From Parachlamydiales bacterium (GTDB lineage Bacteria; Chlamydiota; Chlamydiia; Chlamydiales; JAJFMK01), in NCBI GenBank assembly GCA_963765145.1, contig CAVXVG010000027.1, positions 160,001 to 224,000 of the forward strand: a DNA stretch of 64,000 nucleotides, in the 5' to 3' direction. The notes below the pieces were generated by a model, which saw only the letters and a list, made by a program, of their open reading frames with translations, was not told the DNA's origin and did not search any database. Position 1 is the first letter of the stretch. Every line of letters begins with the position of its first letter. The position numbers were made by a program, and so were the translations under genes. Positions 42,001 through 51,441 of this stretch are shown here, piece after piece.

Positions 42001-43972
42001 TGTCCAATCGGGTGGAATTTTTGACATCAGCCAGATGACAGCAAGCTCACAAACCGTTGCCAATTTAAACGGCAGTAAGGGCGCCATTCTTAACCTAGGA
42101 GATAAACAACTGGTAGTCGATGCTAAGAGCAATAGCAGCTACAATGGCCTAATAACGGGAACTGACGGAAGCCTTCGTAAGCAAGGGAAAGCGACGTTGA
42201 CGCTCGATGGGATTTCGAATTTTACAGGGGGAATAGAAGTTGCAGACGGCACTTTAGTCGGCACTGTAAAAAGCCTCAATGGAAACATTCAGGTCGATGT
42301 AGACACCCATCTTATTTTTAACCAAAAAGAGAACGGAACCTTTTTAGGCCATTTAAGTGGAGAAGGGAAGTTTTGTAAATTCGGCTCTGGCAAATTAAAT
42401 CTGATCTCAGGAGTTTCCTCTTTTAATGGGATGACAATGGTCAAGGAAGGCAATCTTGCCTTGAATACGGACCTTGGGGGAAATGTGACGGTTCAAGCCG
42501 GAGGGATGTTGTCCGGCAATGGATCTCTTTCTGGTAATCTCTTGATCAACAAAGGTGGGATCATTTCTCCGAGCAATAGCACTGAAATGATCACTGTTCA
42601 TAAAGACTATGTTCAGCGCGATGGTTCCACTTTTGTGGCCCAGATAGATGGCCAAGGAGAAAGCTCTTTAATAGATGTAGGCGGGGCAGCGGCCTTAGGT
42701 GGACATATTCTGGCGACGACAATTGATGGAAAAATTAAATTGAACCACCATTACCATCTCCTCCACGCCGAAGAAGGGGTGACCGGCTCTTTTTCTAATC
42801 TTTCCATCAAGAACAATCCCCCCCTTTATGCTTCAAGGCTCATTTACGGCCAAAATGATCTATTTTTGAAATTAATTAGCACGTTTGTTAATGGTGCTCA
42901 AAATAACAACCAAGCCAATGTTGCTCTTCAATTAGATGGGATTACCAAATCAGATCCTCTTCTCAATGGTCTATTTAGCCAGATGGCGATTCTTCCAATT
43001 GAAGACGTGTCTTTCATTTTGCAGCAATTATCAGGCCAACAGCAAACTGCAGATCTATTTGCGGTAGGTGTCATCAATCGACAGTTTTTAAGACGGCTCT
43101 ACGACCCGTTAAGGCCGATTGTGACAACGTTGCCTGGTTGCTACACTTCTTCAAGCTGCGGTTGGACGGTTTGGGTAGAGGGAGGGCAGGGTCAAACATT
43201 TGTAGACAACTCTGATGAAGCCTCTGGATTTAAACTGTGCGGAGGGCACATCACTTCAGGCATTCAAAAAACATTTTCAGAGTTAACGTTAGGCTTTGCC
43301 GGCTCCTACGATTACGAGAAACTATCCTTTAAACAGAGTGGAACCGGTCGGCTTAATAGCACCTTCGCTGGTCTTTATGCCTTATACCGGCCAGACTGTT
43401 TCTACCTCCTTGCAGATATGGCTTATGGCTATTCTCACGATAGACTTTCTCGCCAAGTGTTCCTTCCTGGAGTTGCTCTTGATATCAGCAGTTCGGCCGA
43501 TATTAACCAATACACCCTCTACGCAGAAGGGGGCATTGACCTGCTGTGCGGTCATCTTTTAATCCAACCCTTTGCGGCGATAGAAGGTGGAGGGGCATGG
43601 AAAAGTAATGTGCACGAACGGGGTGGTGCAGATCTTGGGTTAGATGTGGAATCAAGAGAAGAGGGGACATGTTTTAGCCGTCTTGGATTGCATGCTACAA
43701 CAACCAATTGGCCAGGTGTTGTTTTAAGTTTAGATGCAGCATGGCGGTACCGTTTCACCAAAAACTCCAATTGTGTGTGGCAACAATTTGCAACGTTTGG
43801 CTCACCCTTTGTTGTCGAAGGTGTTCACATCGATCGGAACTGCTTTGAAGGGGCTGCTACATTGACTTGTCCCTGTAGCGATTCAGCTTCCCTCTACATT
43901 GAAGGAGAAGGAGAAATATGGAGCAAGGCTTCAACCTATTCCGTTATCTTAGGGTTTACAGCCTCCTGGTAA
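39002..43972 (+). CDS. Large autotransporter adhesin with passenger-associated beta-helix repeats
   Basis: Repeated FSG.ISG.G.L...G.L.L.G.N.YSG.T units; C-terminal beta-barrel ending in W. Confidence 0.92.
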   Translation: MHSYFKKITLFVLSLLTPTMKVTGVSEVGYTYLYDGTLSITDPNTLPNAVYPVIFTNKDSRGATLQFSAPLTFQNPILIGKDFEAVIDVDTNPINLYSKISDLTSGGNLSFIGGNTVTSFGVASNSGITSIDAGTALKAGSNALLSNRSLYAVSGVLDLNNYNQTIKALSGGGEVALGTATLTVDGSTEETLFSGTISGKGSVVLKAGELTLANNNSYTGKTTVEVAGTLMAAANHPISSSEGLRLDGTLLANDFQVALNGLSGKGNLNLGTKGTGIVALLGSETHSFDGNIVGDGHLTVGSKNSKPTLLLSGSNTHSGSTTILGTVQAKSETALSNNSTITVEPSGSLDINGFSTTLAGLSGAGKVKTQGASLTVGSGNFSGEIQDNAPLIKSTAHTLTLSGSNAVSSIRIEEGNLAVHQQNNIGTEAITFEGADATSAKLTFLQPNQTFTNPILVADEFEAHISGNQTTLKGNITDLTRNGNVQFDGQVILTGDNSYSGNTHIAPDSTLYAASATALSPISTFVVEGNLELSADNTLNALEGNGNIVLGREGSPTLSITHGNDLTFSGSIAGPGSLTLQRGDLVLTGKENTLAGTTTIAPTATLVAAASGSLSPLSQVVVDGTLKTERMSIHSIPSLSGTGEVVVGTVLILTDSTNFAGNISGTGGVSFLANGPSCLSGNNSYSGPTTLSNGSLTALSTTALSPSSDFAVDGSLVLTDCSNTVGTLTGFGSVDVGQEGTLLTIADGNERRFCGDITGNGGVVLQNGKWEMCPTTSNRYTGPTTIESGATLIVGATNALPQQSDFHIEGTLSLSSGHVDFDATLQTLAGANPKASIDLGSNKGGILTINGSSSTAYAGTMTGCGGLTIQEDASLILNGATSYSGVTTVKGDLIAGADRVFSAYSTYAVDGTLSANDKTHTIGALTGSGIVDLGYASNTVFTVCGGDFEGHIIGLGQLLVNGRDKLTLQADQSYSGGTKIVAGSLVLKGAGALLSSGNVDVQSGGIFDISQMTASSQTVANLNGSKGAILNLGDKQLVVDAKSNSSYNGLITGTDGSLRKQGKATLTLDGISNFTGGIEVADGTLVGTVKSLNGNIQVDVDTHLIFNQKENGTFLGHLSGEGKFCKFGSGKLNLISGVSSFNGMTMVKEGNLALNTDLGGNVTVQAGGMLSGNGSLSGNLLINKGGIISPSNSTEMITVHKDYVQRDGSTFVAQIDGQGESSLIDVGGAAALGGHILATTIDGKIKLNHHYHLLHAEEGVTGSFSNLSIKNNPPLYASRLIYGQNDLFLKLISTFVNGAQNNNQANVALQLDGITKSDPLLNGLFSQMAILPIEDVSFILQQLSGQQQTADLFAVGVINRQFLRRLYDPLRPIVTTLPGCYTSSSCGWTVWVEGGQGQTFVDNSDEASGFKLCGGHITSGIQKTFSELTLGFAGSYDYEKLSFKQSGTGRLNSTFAGLYALYRPDCFYLLADMAYGYSHDRLSRQVFLPGVALDISSSADINQYTLYAEGGIDLLCGHLLIQPFAAIEGGGAWKSNVHERGGADLGLDVESREEGTCFSRLGLHATTTNWPGVVLSLDAAWRYRFTKNSNCVWQQFATFGSPFVVEGVHIDRNCFEGAATLTCPCSDSASLYIEGEGEIWSKASTYSVILGFTASW

Positions 43973-44808
43973 TCTTTTTCATGCCCCTCTCTATTTGGGG
44001 GTATGAATTTGAGTTGGCCTGCGTGTTGCTTTTCCAAAACGAAGCGCAGCATCTAAAAGAGTGGATCGAGTACCACCGATTGATGGGTGTTGAACATTTT
44101 TTTTTGTATAACAACCTAAGTGAAGACAACTATTTAGAGATCCTTGAACCCTACATTGAAAGAGGAGAAATAGAACTTTTTCAAGTTCCAGACCGAACAT
44201 TGAATCAACCCGATAACTTAAGGGTCCAGTGTAGGGTCTATAATGAAGCATTAAAGGCAGCACGTGGACGGGCTAAATGGGTTGCGTTCATCGATGGAGA
44301 TGAATATCTCGTTCCGCTCGAGCACGATAACCTGACCTGTTTTCTAGAAGAATATGAAGATTTTGGAGGGGTACACGCTAGTTGGCTGGTTTTTGGAACT
44401 TCGAACGTACAAAAAATACCAACAGATCGCCTTCGGATAGAAACATTGGTTCATTGCGATGCGACCCCTGCAAAATTAGGAAAAAGCATTGTGAGGCCGG
44501 AGCGGGTAAAAAGATGTACAGACCCTCATGTATTTCTCTATATGCCCACCTACTTCCACGTGAATACCAATTTTACACGCTTTGGCTGGGAGTCGATCCC
44601 TACAATGGAAAGATTGCTTGTTTTTCACTATTACACAGGCGATCTCGACCATTTTATCAACATCAAATACCCACGCAGAAAGCTGTGGTATACCCATCTG
44701 AACTTAGATACCTATTTAAGAGAGATTGAGAGGTATAATCAGAAGCACAATCCTACCATGCTGCAATACGTCGAGCAGGTGAAATATATGATGAATCCCC
44801 ATGGATAA
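43918..44808 (+). CDS. Glycosyltransferase family 92/GT2-like protein (start uncertain; 43981 possible)
   Basis: F.NEA..LKEWIEYH...GV.HF.LY.N.S.D, WVAFIDGDEY, KSIV, HYY. Confidence 0.82.
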   Translation: MEQGFNLFRYLRVYSLLVIFFMPLSIWGYEFELACVLLFQNEAQHLKEWIEYHRLMGVEHFFLYNNLSEDNYLEILEPYIERGEIELFQVPDRTLNQPDNLRVQCRVYNEALKAARGRAKWVAFIDGDEYLVPLEHDNLTCFLEEYEDFGGVHASWLVFGTSNVQKIPTDRLRIETLVHCDATPAKLGKSIVRPERVKRCTDPHVFLYMPTYFHVNTNFTRFGWESIPTMERLLVFHYYTGDLDHFINIKYPRRKLWYTHLNLDTYLREIERYNQKHNPTMLQYVEQVKYMMNPHG

Positions 44809-45080
44809 AAAAACCACTGAGACACTGAGATCACAGAGGAAATATGAGAGCATTGAGAGCCATTCTTTTGGTGAAAAATCCAATTAAAACAACATCTAGA
44901 AATCATGCCGCTCATGCGAAGCACATTTTTCTTTGTGTCTTTGTGTTTCTATTATTTTTAAAATAAATTAAACACAAAGACGCAAAGACACAAAGGAATG
45001 GCTCTCATTTTTTTTACTAAAGAGTCGCTCTCAAGGTCCTCATATTTCCTCTGTGATCTCAGTGTCTCAGTGGTTTTTTT
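44807..45080. repeat. Family C palindrome with inner (GACACAAA)-type arms
   Basis: AAACCACTGAGACACTGAGATCACAGAGGAAATATGAG...CTCATATTTCCTCTGTGATCTCAGTGTCTCAGTGGTTT. Confidence 0.92.
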
Positions 45081-45094
45081 TCATCCGTAGGGGA

Positions 45095-46342
45095 TTAGAT
45101 CTTTATGGTCAACAACCCATCCCAAGAAGTGGTGAATTCGGCGGAGGTGTGCTCGCGCTTCATCTTCCAGTCCTGCTTTCCTTTAACCCCTTCTGATAAG
45201 AAAAAAAGGGCATTTTTGTCTTTCCCCCTAACCCTGTCTAATAGGTCCATCAGTTTTCCTTCTTTTTCTCTCCGATCTTGAGAAACGAAAAAATCTCCTT
45301 GGCAAGCTTGCCGGTTGGTCAATTGTCCAAGAAATACACCACATTTCTTATAGGGAACGTTAGAAAAGAAAAGGGGCTTTGCGATCGCTTTGGCCTTTTC
45401 AACCAATGTGGGAGTAAAGTCGGTCGGCACTGCAAAGTGGGCAGACCCTACCCTAGAATACTTAGCAAGCTCCGGATGAAACCGATTCGTCAATAAAAAA
45501 ACCTGTAAATAACTGGCCTCTGAGCCTTGTTCACGGATGCTTTCAGCTGCCCTTGAAGCATGCAAAGCAATGGCCTCGCCCATCTCTTCCCAACTTGTCA
45601 CCTCTTTCCCAAACGACCTAGAAGATAATACCCCCTTTTTAGGCTCTGGGCTTTCGTCAAGCAGAAGAGCTTGTTCCCCTCGCAATTCAAGTGCCGTTCT
45701 CAGTCCAAAAACCCCCAATTCTCGCCGTATCAACGTGTCGTCGAGTCCTCTGAATTGAAGGGCGGTTGAAACGCCAAGCGCTCGCAGCCTTTTTCCTATC
45801 TTTCTTCCGATCCCCCAAATCTCTTCGACTGCAAGGTCCTTTAATACGGATTCTGTCTTGTGATCTTCTAGCATATAGACACCCTCTCGAGTCTCTTTTG
45901 CCAGGTGAGAGGCTACTTTGGCTAAAGTTTTTGTCGAAGCCATCCCTATCGAAAGGGGAATGGCTGTCCACTTTAAAACCTTTTTCCGCAGTTCAACAGC
46001 CTCTTCTATCCGATCCAAGGCTAGAAACGCCTCGTCAATCGAATACATTTCTACATGATCTGATCCTTGAGACAACAGCTCCATGACTCGAGAGGAGATG
46101 TCTGCGTAAAGGGCAAAATTGGAAGAGCAAACAATAACACGGTGCCTTTTTAGCTCTTCTTTGCATTTAAAATAGGGCAGACCCATCGGGATCCCAAGTT
46201 TTTTTGCCTCTTTTGATCTGGCCACAATGCAACCATCATTGCTCGATAGAACAACGACCGGTCTATTCCATAATTCGGGACGAAAAACCCGTTCGCAGGA
46301 AACAAAAAAACTGTTGCAATCGGCCAGTGCTATTTTCCCCAT
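45095..46342 (-). CDS. umuC: Y-family DNA polymerase V subunit UmuC
   Basis: [24 protein letters not shown]-terminal W.MKRE..S..FTT.W. Confidence 0.93.
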   Translation of the reverse strand: MGKIALADCNSFFVSCERVFRPELWNRPVVVLSSNDGCIVARSKEAKKLGIPMGLPYFKCKEELKRHRVIVCSSNFALYADISSRVMELLSQGSDHVEMYSIDEAFLALDRIEEAVELRKKVLKWTAIPLSIGMASTKTLAKVASHLAKETREGVYMLEDHKTESVLKDLAVEEIWGIGRKIGKRLRALGVSTALQFRGLDDTLIRRELGVFGLRTALELRGEQALLLDESPEPKKGVLSSRSFGKEVTSWEEMGEAIALHASRAAESIREQGSEASYLQVFLLTNRFHPELAKYSRVGSAHFAVPTDFTPTLVEKAKAIAKPLFFSNVPYKKCGVFLGQLTNRQACQGDFFVSQDRREKEGKLMDLLDRVRGKDKNALFFLSEGVKGKQDWKMKREHTSAEFTTSWDGLLTIKI

Positions 46343-46446
46343 GTCTTCTATTATCAGAGAAAAAGCCATTTTGTGTAGGGATCCTCTTGTTTTTTATGCA
46401 ACAAATCGTCAAAAAGAGGTTAATTACATCTGTTTGGAATTTAAGA

Positions 46447-47058
46447 ATGAAAAATTTACTAGCAAAATTTCTGTTGTTATTGGCCCTTTATGTGCCCCTT
46501 GAAGCCTGCAATGGCGATGCTTGGCTAGAAGCACGAGCGGCCTATATCCACCCAACCGGCGGCCGTTTTAACAAGATCTATAACGATAACGGTTCTTACG
46601 GTGGTAAATTGACCGTTTCTGTTTGGGATGATTTACAAGGTTGGCTTTCTGTTGATGGTTATTCTCTGAAAGGAAAATCGATCGGCCTTAGCACTGGAAC
46701 AGATCTAGATTGCGTCCCATTAGGACTTGGGCTGCAATACATGTTTCCTTGTTGGCCCCTTTGCAATACCGACCTATATGTTGGAGCAGGAGTCGATTGT
46801 TCGTTTTTCTCCATCCATGATAACGGCCCCTATGTCATCGAAAAAATCAACCACACAGCATGGGGAGCTCGATTTCTTGGTGGCGCCATCATCAACTGCA
46901 CAGAAAGTTTTTTCTTCGATATTTTCGTTGAATATACCTTAAGCCGCATAGACTATAACCACGGTTTTGTTGACGGGGTCTATACCTCCTCAGCAGACGT
47001 CAGCCACATCAACGCCGGCGTAGGTGTAGGATATAAATTCAACCTCGGCTGCTGGTAA
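46447..47058 (+). CDS. Small outer-membrane beta-barrel protein
   Basis: Signal peptide from MKNLLAK; alternating beta-strands; GVGVGYKF near the C-terminus. Confidence 0.75.
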   Translation: MKNLLAKFLLLLALYVPLEACNGDAWLEARAAYIHPTGGRFNKIYNDNGSYGGKLTVSVWDDLQGWLSVDGYSLKGKSIGLSTGTDLDCVPLGLGLQYMFPCWPLCNTDLYVGAGVDCSFFSIHDNGPYVIEKINHTAWGARFLGGAIINCTESFFFDIFVEYTLSRIDYNHGFVDGVYTSSADVSHINAGVGVGYKFNLGCW

Positions 47059-47060
47059 CA

Positions 47061-47165
47061 GGAGCGGGCTGCAAAGGCGAAATAGTTAGAAAGTGCCCAA
47101 TCGGTGTATGACAGCCAATATACTACCGATTGGGCACTTTCGTCCTATTTCATCCTTTTCGCTCC
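47061..47165. repeat. Long palindrome (single copy in this window)
   Basis: Perfect 17-bp stem GAAAGTGCCCAATCGGT/ACCGATTGGGCACTTTC (47089-47141) with imperfect outer arms. Confidence 0.75.
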
Positions 47166-47332
47166 GCCCTTTAAATCGAAGCGTTTAGAGTGCGAAACGG
47201 CGTTGTTGCATAATTAAGCTTAATTTGGACAAATATTGTAGCTTAGACTTTAGTCTGAGCTTGTTTTTGCAGGTTTTAACCTGCAATCAACCTCACACGG
47301 GTTAAAACCCGTGAAAACGAACTCAGGCTAAA

Positions 47333-48791
47333 GAGCCACTTGCAAAAATCGGTAAAGAGTCGGCTTATTCTGAAAAATTAGCGAAAAAAAAGAAATCAAA
47401 TGGCTTCTAGGTGTATCCTATAGGTATCTAACATCCATATTATACAGGGAAAGAAGCCATTATGAAGATAAAGTTTGCCCAGTATTGGGAAAGAATTCAA
47501 GGCTCTCTTTTTCCTTGGCTTGAAGAAGAGCTCCCCCCGCTTACCAAGCTCCAACAAAAACTAGTTGCTATACTCGAAGTCATTCAGATTGAAGAGTTCA
47601 TCCCGTCAACATTGCACGACTGTCGAGGGCGCCCAGAAAAATGCCGCAGGGCGATTATTCGCTCATTTATCGCTAAATCGACCTACAATATTCCTACGAC
47701 TAGAAATTTGATAGATAGGTTGCAGTCGGATATTTCCCTAAGACGGATTTGTGGTTGGGAAACAAGAAGAGAAATACCTAGTGAATCTGTTTTTAGTAGA
47801 GCATTCAATGAATTTGCAAAAACCAAGTTACTTCATAGAGTGCACGAAAATTTGATCACCTCTTCCTATGCTGGAGAAATGGTGGGGCATGTAATAACAG
47901 ATTCTACAGCGATAGAAGCAAGGGAAAAAGTCGCCAAAAAGAAACAGAAGGAAAAGCCAGTTATAGTATTGCCTGAAGGGAAAAAGAGGCGCCCAAGAGG
48001 TTACGAAAGAGAACCTACTCGTCTTCAGAAACAACTAAAAGGCTTGCTTTCGCTAGAAGAGATGATTGCTGATTTACCTTCAGTATGTGATGTGGGAGCA
48101 AAAACAAACTCCAAAGGACATCTGCAATGGTGGCGTGGGTATAAACTTCACATAACAGCATCAGACAACGAAATCCCCTTAGCTGCACTGGTAACTTCTG
48201 CCTCAGTAAATGACAGCCAAGTAGCAATTCCGTTAGCAAAGATTACCAAAAAACGCGTTGATAATCTTTATGATGTAATGGACGGTGGGTATGCCTGTGA
48301 CGATGTTGTAGCGCACAGCAGATTTCTAGGACACGTTCCAATCATTGATTGGCCGGCAAAAGGCCACCCTGAGAACAAAGAAATTAAAGAGGCTGAAAAC
48401 TTGGCTTGTAAGACCATCAATCTACATTCTGCTGAAAAAAAGAGGTTTGAAATCCGTACTTCTGTTGAGAGGGTTTTTTCGAGACTGAAAGATGAATTTG
48501 GTGCGAGGTTTGTCAGAGTTAGAGGAGCGAGCAAAGTGCTTACGCATCTGATGTTTGGGGTCATAGCCTTGACAGCAGACCAACTACTCAAGATACCCCT
48601 CTTATAACTGCAAATCGAAAACGAAAGAACAAGCTAGGATGATAAGGCTACCTGCTGTGCAAAAAAGGCGATTTTTTCAACAGTTCTCCCTGAAATAAGC
48701 AAAAAAACACCAAGTCTGCTTTAAAACAGCGAACTTGGTGTTGCGTTGCCCTTTGCCGAGCAAAAAATCACAGGATTTTTGCAAGTGCCTC
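47333..48791 (+). mobile_element. Insertion sequence (IS1182/IS5-like DDE), 1459 bp
   Basis: Terminal IRs GAGCCACTTGCAAAAATC / GATTTTTGCAAGTGCCTC (17/18 match); TAAA direct repeats at 47329-47332 and 48792-48795. Confidence 0.92.
47462..48607 (+). CDS. DDE transposase
   Basis: GRP, DSTAI, GYKLH, ND, MDGGY, R..VER.FSRLK. Confidence 0.93.
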   Translation: MKIKFAQYWERIQGSLFPWLEEELPPLTKLQQKLVAILEVIQIEEFIPSTLHDCRGRPEKCRRAIIRSFIAKSTYNIPTTRNLIDRLQSDISLRRICGWETRREIPSESVFSRAFNEFAKTKLLHRVHENLITSSYAGEMVGHVITDSTAIEAREKVAKKKQKEKPVIVLPEGKKRRPRGYEREPTRLQKQLKGLLSLEEMIADLPSVCDVGAKTNSKGHLQWWRGYKLHITASDNEIPLAALVTSASVNDSQVAIPLAKITKKRVDNLYDVMDGGYACDDVVAHSRFLGHVPIIDWPAKGHPENKEIKEAENLACKTINLHSAEKKRFEIRTSVERVFSRLKDEFGARFVRVRGASKVLTHLMFGVIALTADQLLKIPLL

Positions 48792-48971
48792 TAAAGCCTA
48801 AGCTACATTTTTTAATTAGAAATTGAATTATGCAACAAGGCCGTGCGAAACTCTCGGTTTGCTTTCACTTTCAACGATAAGTCAAACCTAAACGCTTCGC
48901 GTAATACGACTATTTTCTTTGGAAAAATAAGCAGCACCTTGTAAGGTAAAATTTTTAGGAGAAATTTTTCG

Positions 48972-51284
48972 ATGTCGACACTTTTTAAGTTATGTTCTTG
49001 GCTTTTAGCAACCGCTTGCAGCACTTCGCTTGGCGCCGTTTGCACCGGAGAATGGGATGGAGGTGGGATTCCTGACGATAACTGGAGTGTGCCAGGCAAC
49101 TGGTCAACCGGCTGTTCGCCTCAAGCCGATGGCGATTCTGCAAGCTTTGGCCTGACTGGACCTACTGTGGTGAACCTAGATATTCCTGTTACCCTTACAA
49201 ACCTTACTTTCGAAAACCCCTCGCAAGACTATACGATCAATGATACCGGGCCTAGCATGTTGATGCAGAGTTTTGGCGGTGTTAATCCCACGATGAATGT
49301 GGATAGCGGCAATCAAACGTTTGATCAGCTCGTTTCAATTGCTGCTGGCGATACATTGTTTCTGAACGTGGACGGAACGCTTGACTTTAACACTAACTTT
49401 GGAACTGGGCTGGGAAATTTGACGATTGGAGGAACTGGCGTCATCAACACCAATGCTTTTATTCTTGTACAGAATTTAGTTCAGAATGGGGCGACAATAA
49501 ACAATAACGAGTTTGTTTCAGTAGTCTCAATCTTTATGAATGGGGGTGTTGTAAATAACCTTGGTAGTTATTCTTCTCAAGAAGCGTTAGTTGTTAATGG
49601 GGGGATTATAAATAACCAAGCAACTATTGGGTCTGATTCAGAGCTGATTGTGAATGGAGGGGTTATAAATAGTCTGGCATCGGGATTTGTGAATCCTACT
49701 GGAGGGCTAACTATGAATGGAGGGGCTTTCAACAACGCTGGCTTTATAGAGATTGCTCCGATCGTCGTTAATGGTGGAACATTCATTAATCAATTCGGAG
49801 GTACCATTGAGGATATACCCTCTGTTATGGTCAACGGCGGCACAGTCATTAATCAAGCGGGCGGTCTTTTTGCTAGTGCAGGCTCCTTTACGATCAACGG
49901 CGGCCTCCTCCAAAATGATGGCTTGGTAAGTGCCCCCTCTGCGACGGTTAATAGCCCGGGAGTAGTTACTGGAACGGGTGAATTTTTTGTAACGTTTACC
50001 AATAATGGAACGGTCATTCCGGGAGACTCAGGAGCTCTTCCAGGCACCCTACTTTTTGATGGGGGATATATACAAACTGCCGCCGGCGATCTTGTCATCA
50101 ACGTTTTAAATTCAACAACGTATGGTTCAATTAGTAGCGATTTTGGCGATACCCTTGATGGGACGTTGACCGTCGCCCCTTCTCCCGGATTTTCCGGGTC
50201 GGTTATCGGAGCCCCCTTGACTATTGTCTCAAATCAGGGAGGGACTGTATCAGGCACCTTTTCGAATATTGTCGATCTTTTCCCTACCTTAAGGGCAGAG
50301 GTAACCTACTTCCCTGATACTGTTGTGCTGGAATTGTTCCCCATTCTTAGTTCCTTTATATCACTCAAAGAGGTCGCCTTTTCAACGATCAATCAGGTCA
50401 ATCTTTTGTTAACCAATCATATGGACCGGATGGTTGACCCTTGCTGCTGCCCAGAATATTGTATGCAGTTTTATATCGATCCTCTTGGGTCGACAGGGAA
50501 AGTCCATTCCAGAAACAACATATCGGGCTACCGCTTTAATACAGGAGGCGTGTTGGTCGGCTTAGACGCGTTCTTAAGTGAAGGGGGCGTTGGAGTGGCC
50601 TTTGACTACGAAAGAATCTATTCAAGGGGTTTCAACGACTTTGGCAGCTTTGCCTCTAACAGATATCATTTTAGTGGATATGGAACTTATCTTATCGACT
50701 CCTGTCTTCAACTGGATGCGATCGTCGGTGCCGGCTGGGAAAGCAACCGTTTGAATAGATCAACAGGCCTTTTCGGGAATGAGTTGACAAAAGGAAATCC
50801 GGGTGGCGATTCTTTCGATGCCTTCTTAGGCGCTGAGTACTTCGTTAATTTTTGCGGTATGAATTTCATCCCTCTGGCTGGTTTGCAGTACATTTATTAC
50901 AGAATCCATCAATTCGAAGAAGATGGTGTCGATCTTTTCAATTTTGCATATGAAGCTCAACACTACGACTCTTTACGGCCGTTCCTTGGGTTTAAATTCA
51001 ACTGTCCTTTCAATATCGGTTGTTTTCAGATCGTTCCTCAAATCAATGCTGCATGGCAATATGAATGCCTGGACCGAAGCAAAACACTTGTTGCTACAAA
51101 CACTGAATTTTTTGGTCTCACAACTCCCTTCGTCATTCCAAGAGGGGGGCAAAATATTGTGCTAGCAGGAGCTGATGTAGCCGTTCTCTATGACGGGTAC
51201 ACTTTAGACTTAAGCTATGAGTACGAGGGCAACAAGCGGTATTATAACCACTTCTTCTACCTCGAACTCGCCGCCGCCTTTTAA
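48972..51284 (+). CDS. Autotransporter with Asn/Gly-rich beta-helical passenger
   Basis: Signal peptide, W...NWS..GNW, repeated xVNGGxxNN units, barrel ending in F. Confidence 0.88.
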   Translation: MSTLFKLCSWLLATACSTSLGAVCTGEWDGGGIPDDNWSVPGNWSTGCSPQADGDSASFGLTGPTVVNLDIPVTLTNLTFENPSQDYTINDTGPSMLMQSFGGVNPTMNVDSGNQTFDQLVSIAAGDTLFLNVDGTLDFNTNFGTGLGNLTIGGTGVINTNAFILVQNLVQNGATINNNEFVSVVSIFMNGGVVNNLGSYSSQEALVVNGGIINNQATIGSDSELIVNGGVINSLASGFVNPTGGLTMNGGAFNNAGFIEIAPIVVNGGTFINQFGGTIEDIPSVMVNGGTVINQAGGLFASAGSFTINGGLLQNDGLVSAPSATVNSPGVVTGTGEFFVTFTNNGTVIPGDSGALPGTLLFDGGYIQTAAGDLVINVLNSTTYGSISSDFGDTLDGTLTVAPSPGFSGSVIGAPLTIVSNQGGTVSGTFSNIVDLFPTLRAEVTYFPDTVVLELFPILSSFISLKEVAFSTINQVNLLLTNHMDRMVDPCCCPEYCMQFYIDPLGSTGKVHSRNNISGYRFNTGGVLVGLDAFLSEGGVGVAFDYERIYSRGFNDFGSFASNRYHFSGYGTYLIDSCLQLDAIVGAGWESNRLNRSTGLFGNELTKGNPGGDSFDAFLGAEYFVNFCGMNFIPLAGLQYIYYRIHQFEEDGVDLFNFAYEAQHYDSLRPFLGFKFNCPFNIGCFQIVPQINAAWQYECLDRSKTLVATNTEFFGLTTPFVIPRGGQNIVLAGADVAVLYDGYTLDLSYEYEGNKRYYNHFFYLELAAAF

Positions 51285-51441
51285 AAGGGGTGGGTGCTTG
51301 AGGGCGCCCAATTAGATTTCAACCTTCGGGTGTGTCTAGTCCGCGTTAGCGTTTGGAGTGCGAAACTCCTGTTTCGCTTTCACTTTCAAAAAGCCAAAGC
51401 GCAGCAGGAGCTCGAGCACTCCAAACGTTAGCGAGGACTAG
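51285..51441. repeat. Family D fragment (51285-51333) followed by family A element (51336-51441)
   Basis: The first part is the reverse complement of about 18434-18482; the A element is bounded by CTAGTCC...GGACTAG and overlaps the stop at 51438. Confidence 0.85.

Larger units (their letters stand above)
47177..48900. repeat. A > L > B nested palindrome interrupted by the IS
   Basis: Left part 47177-47332 and right part 48792-48900 rebuild an element like 5765-5991. Confidence 0.88.
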
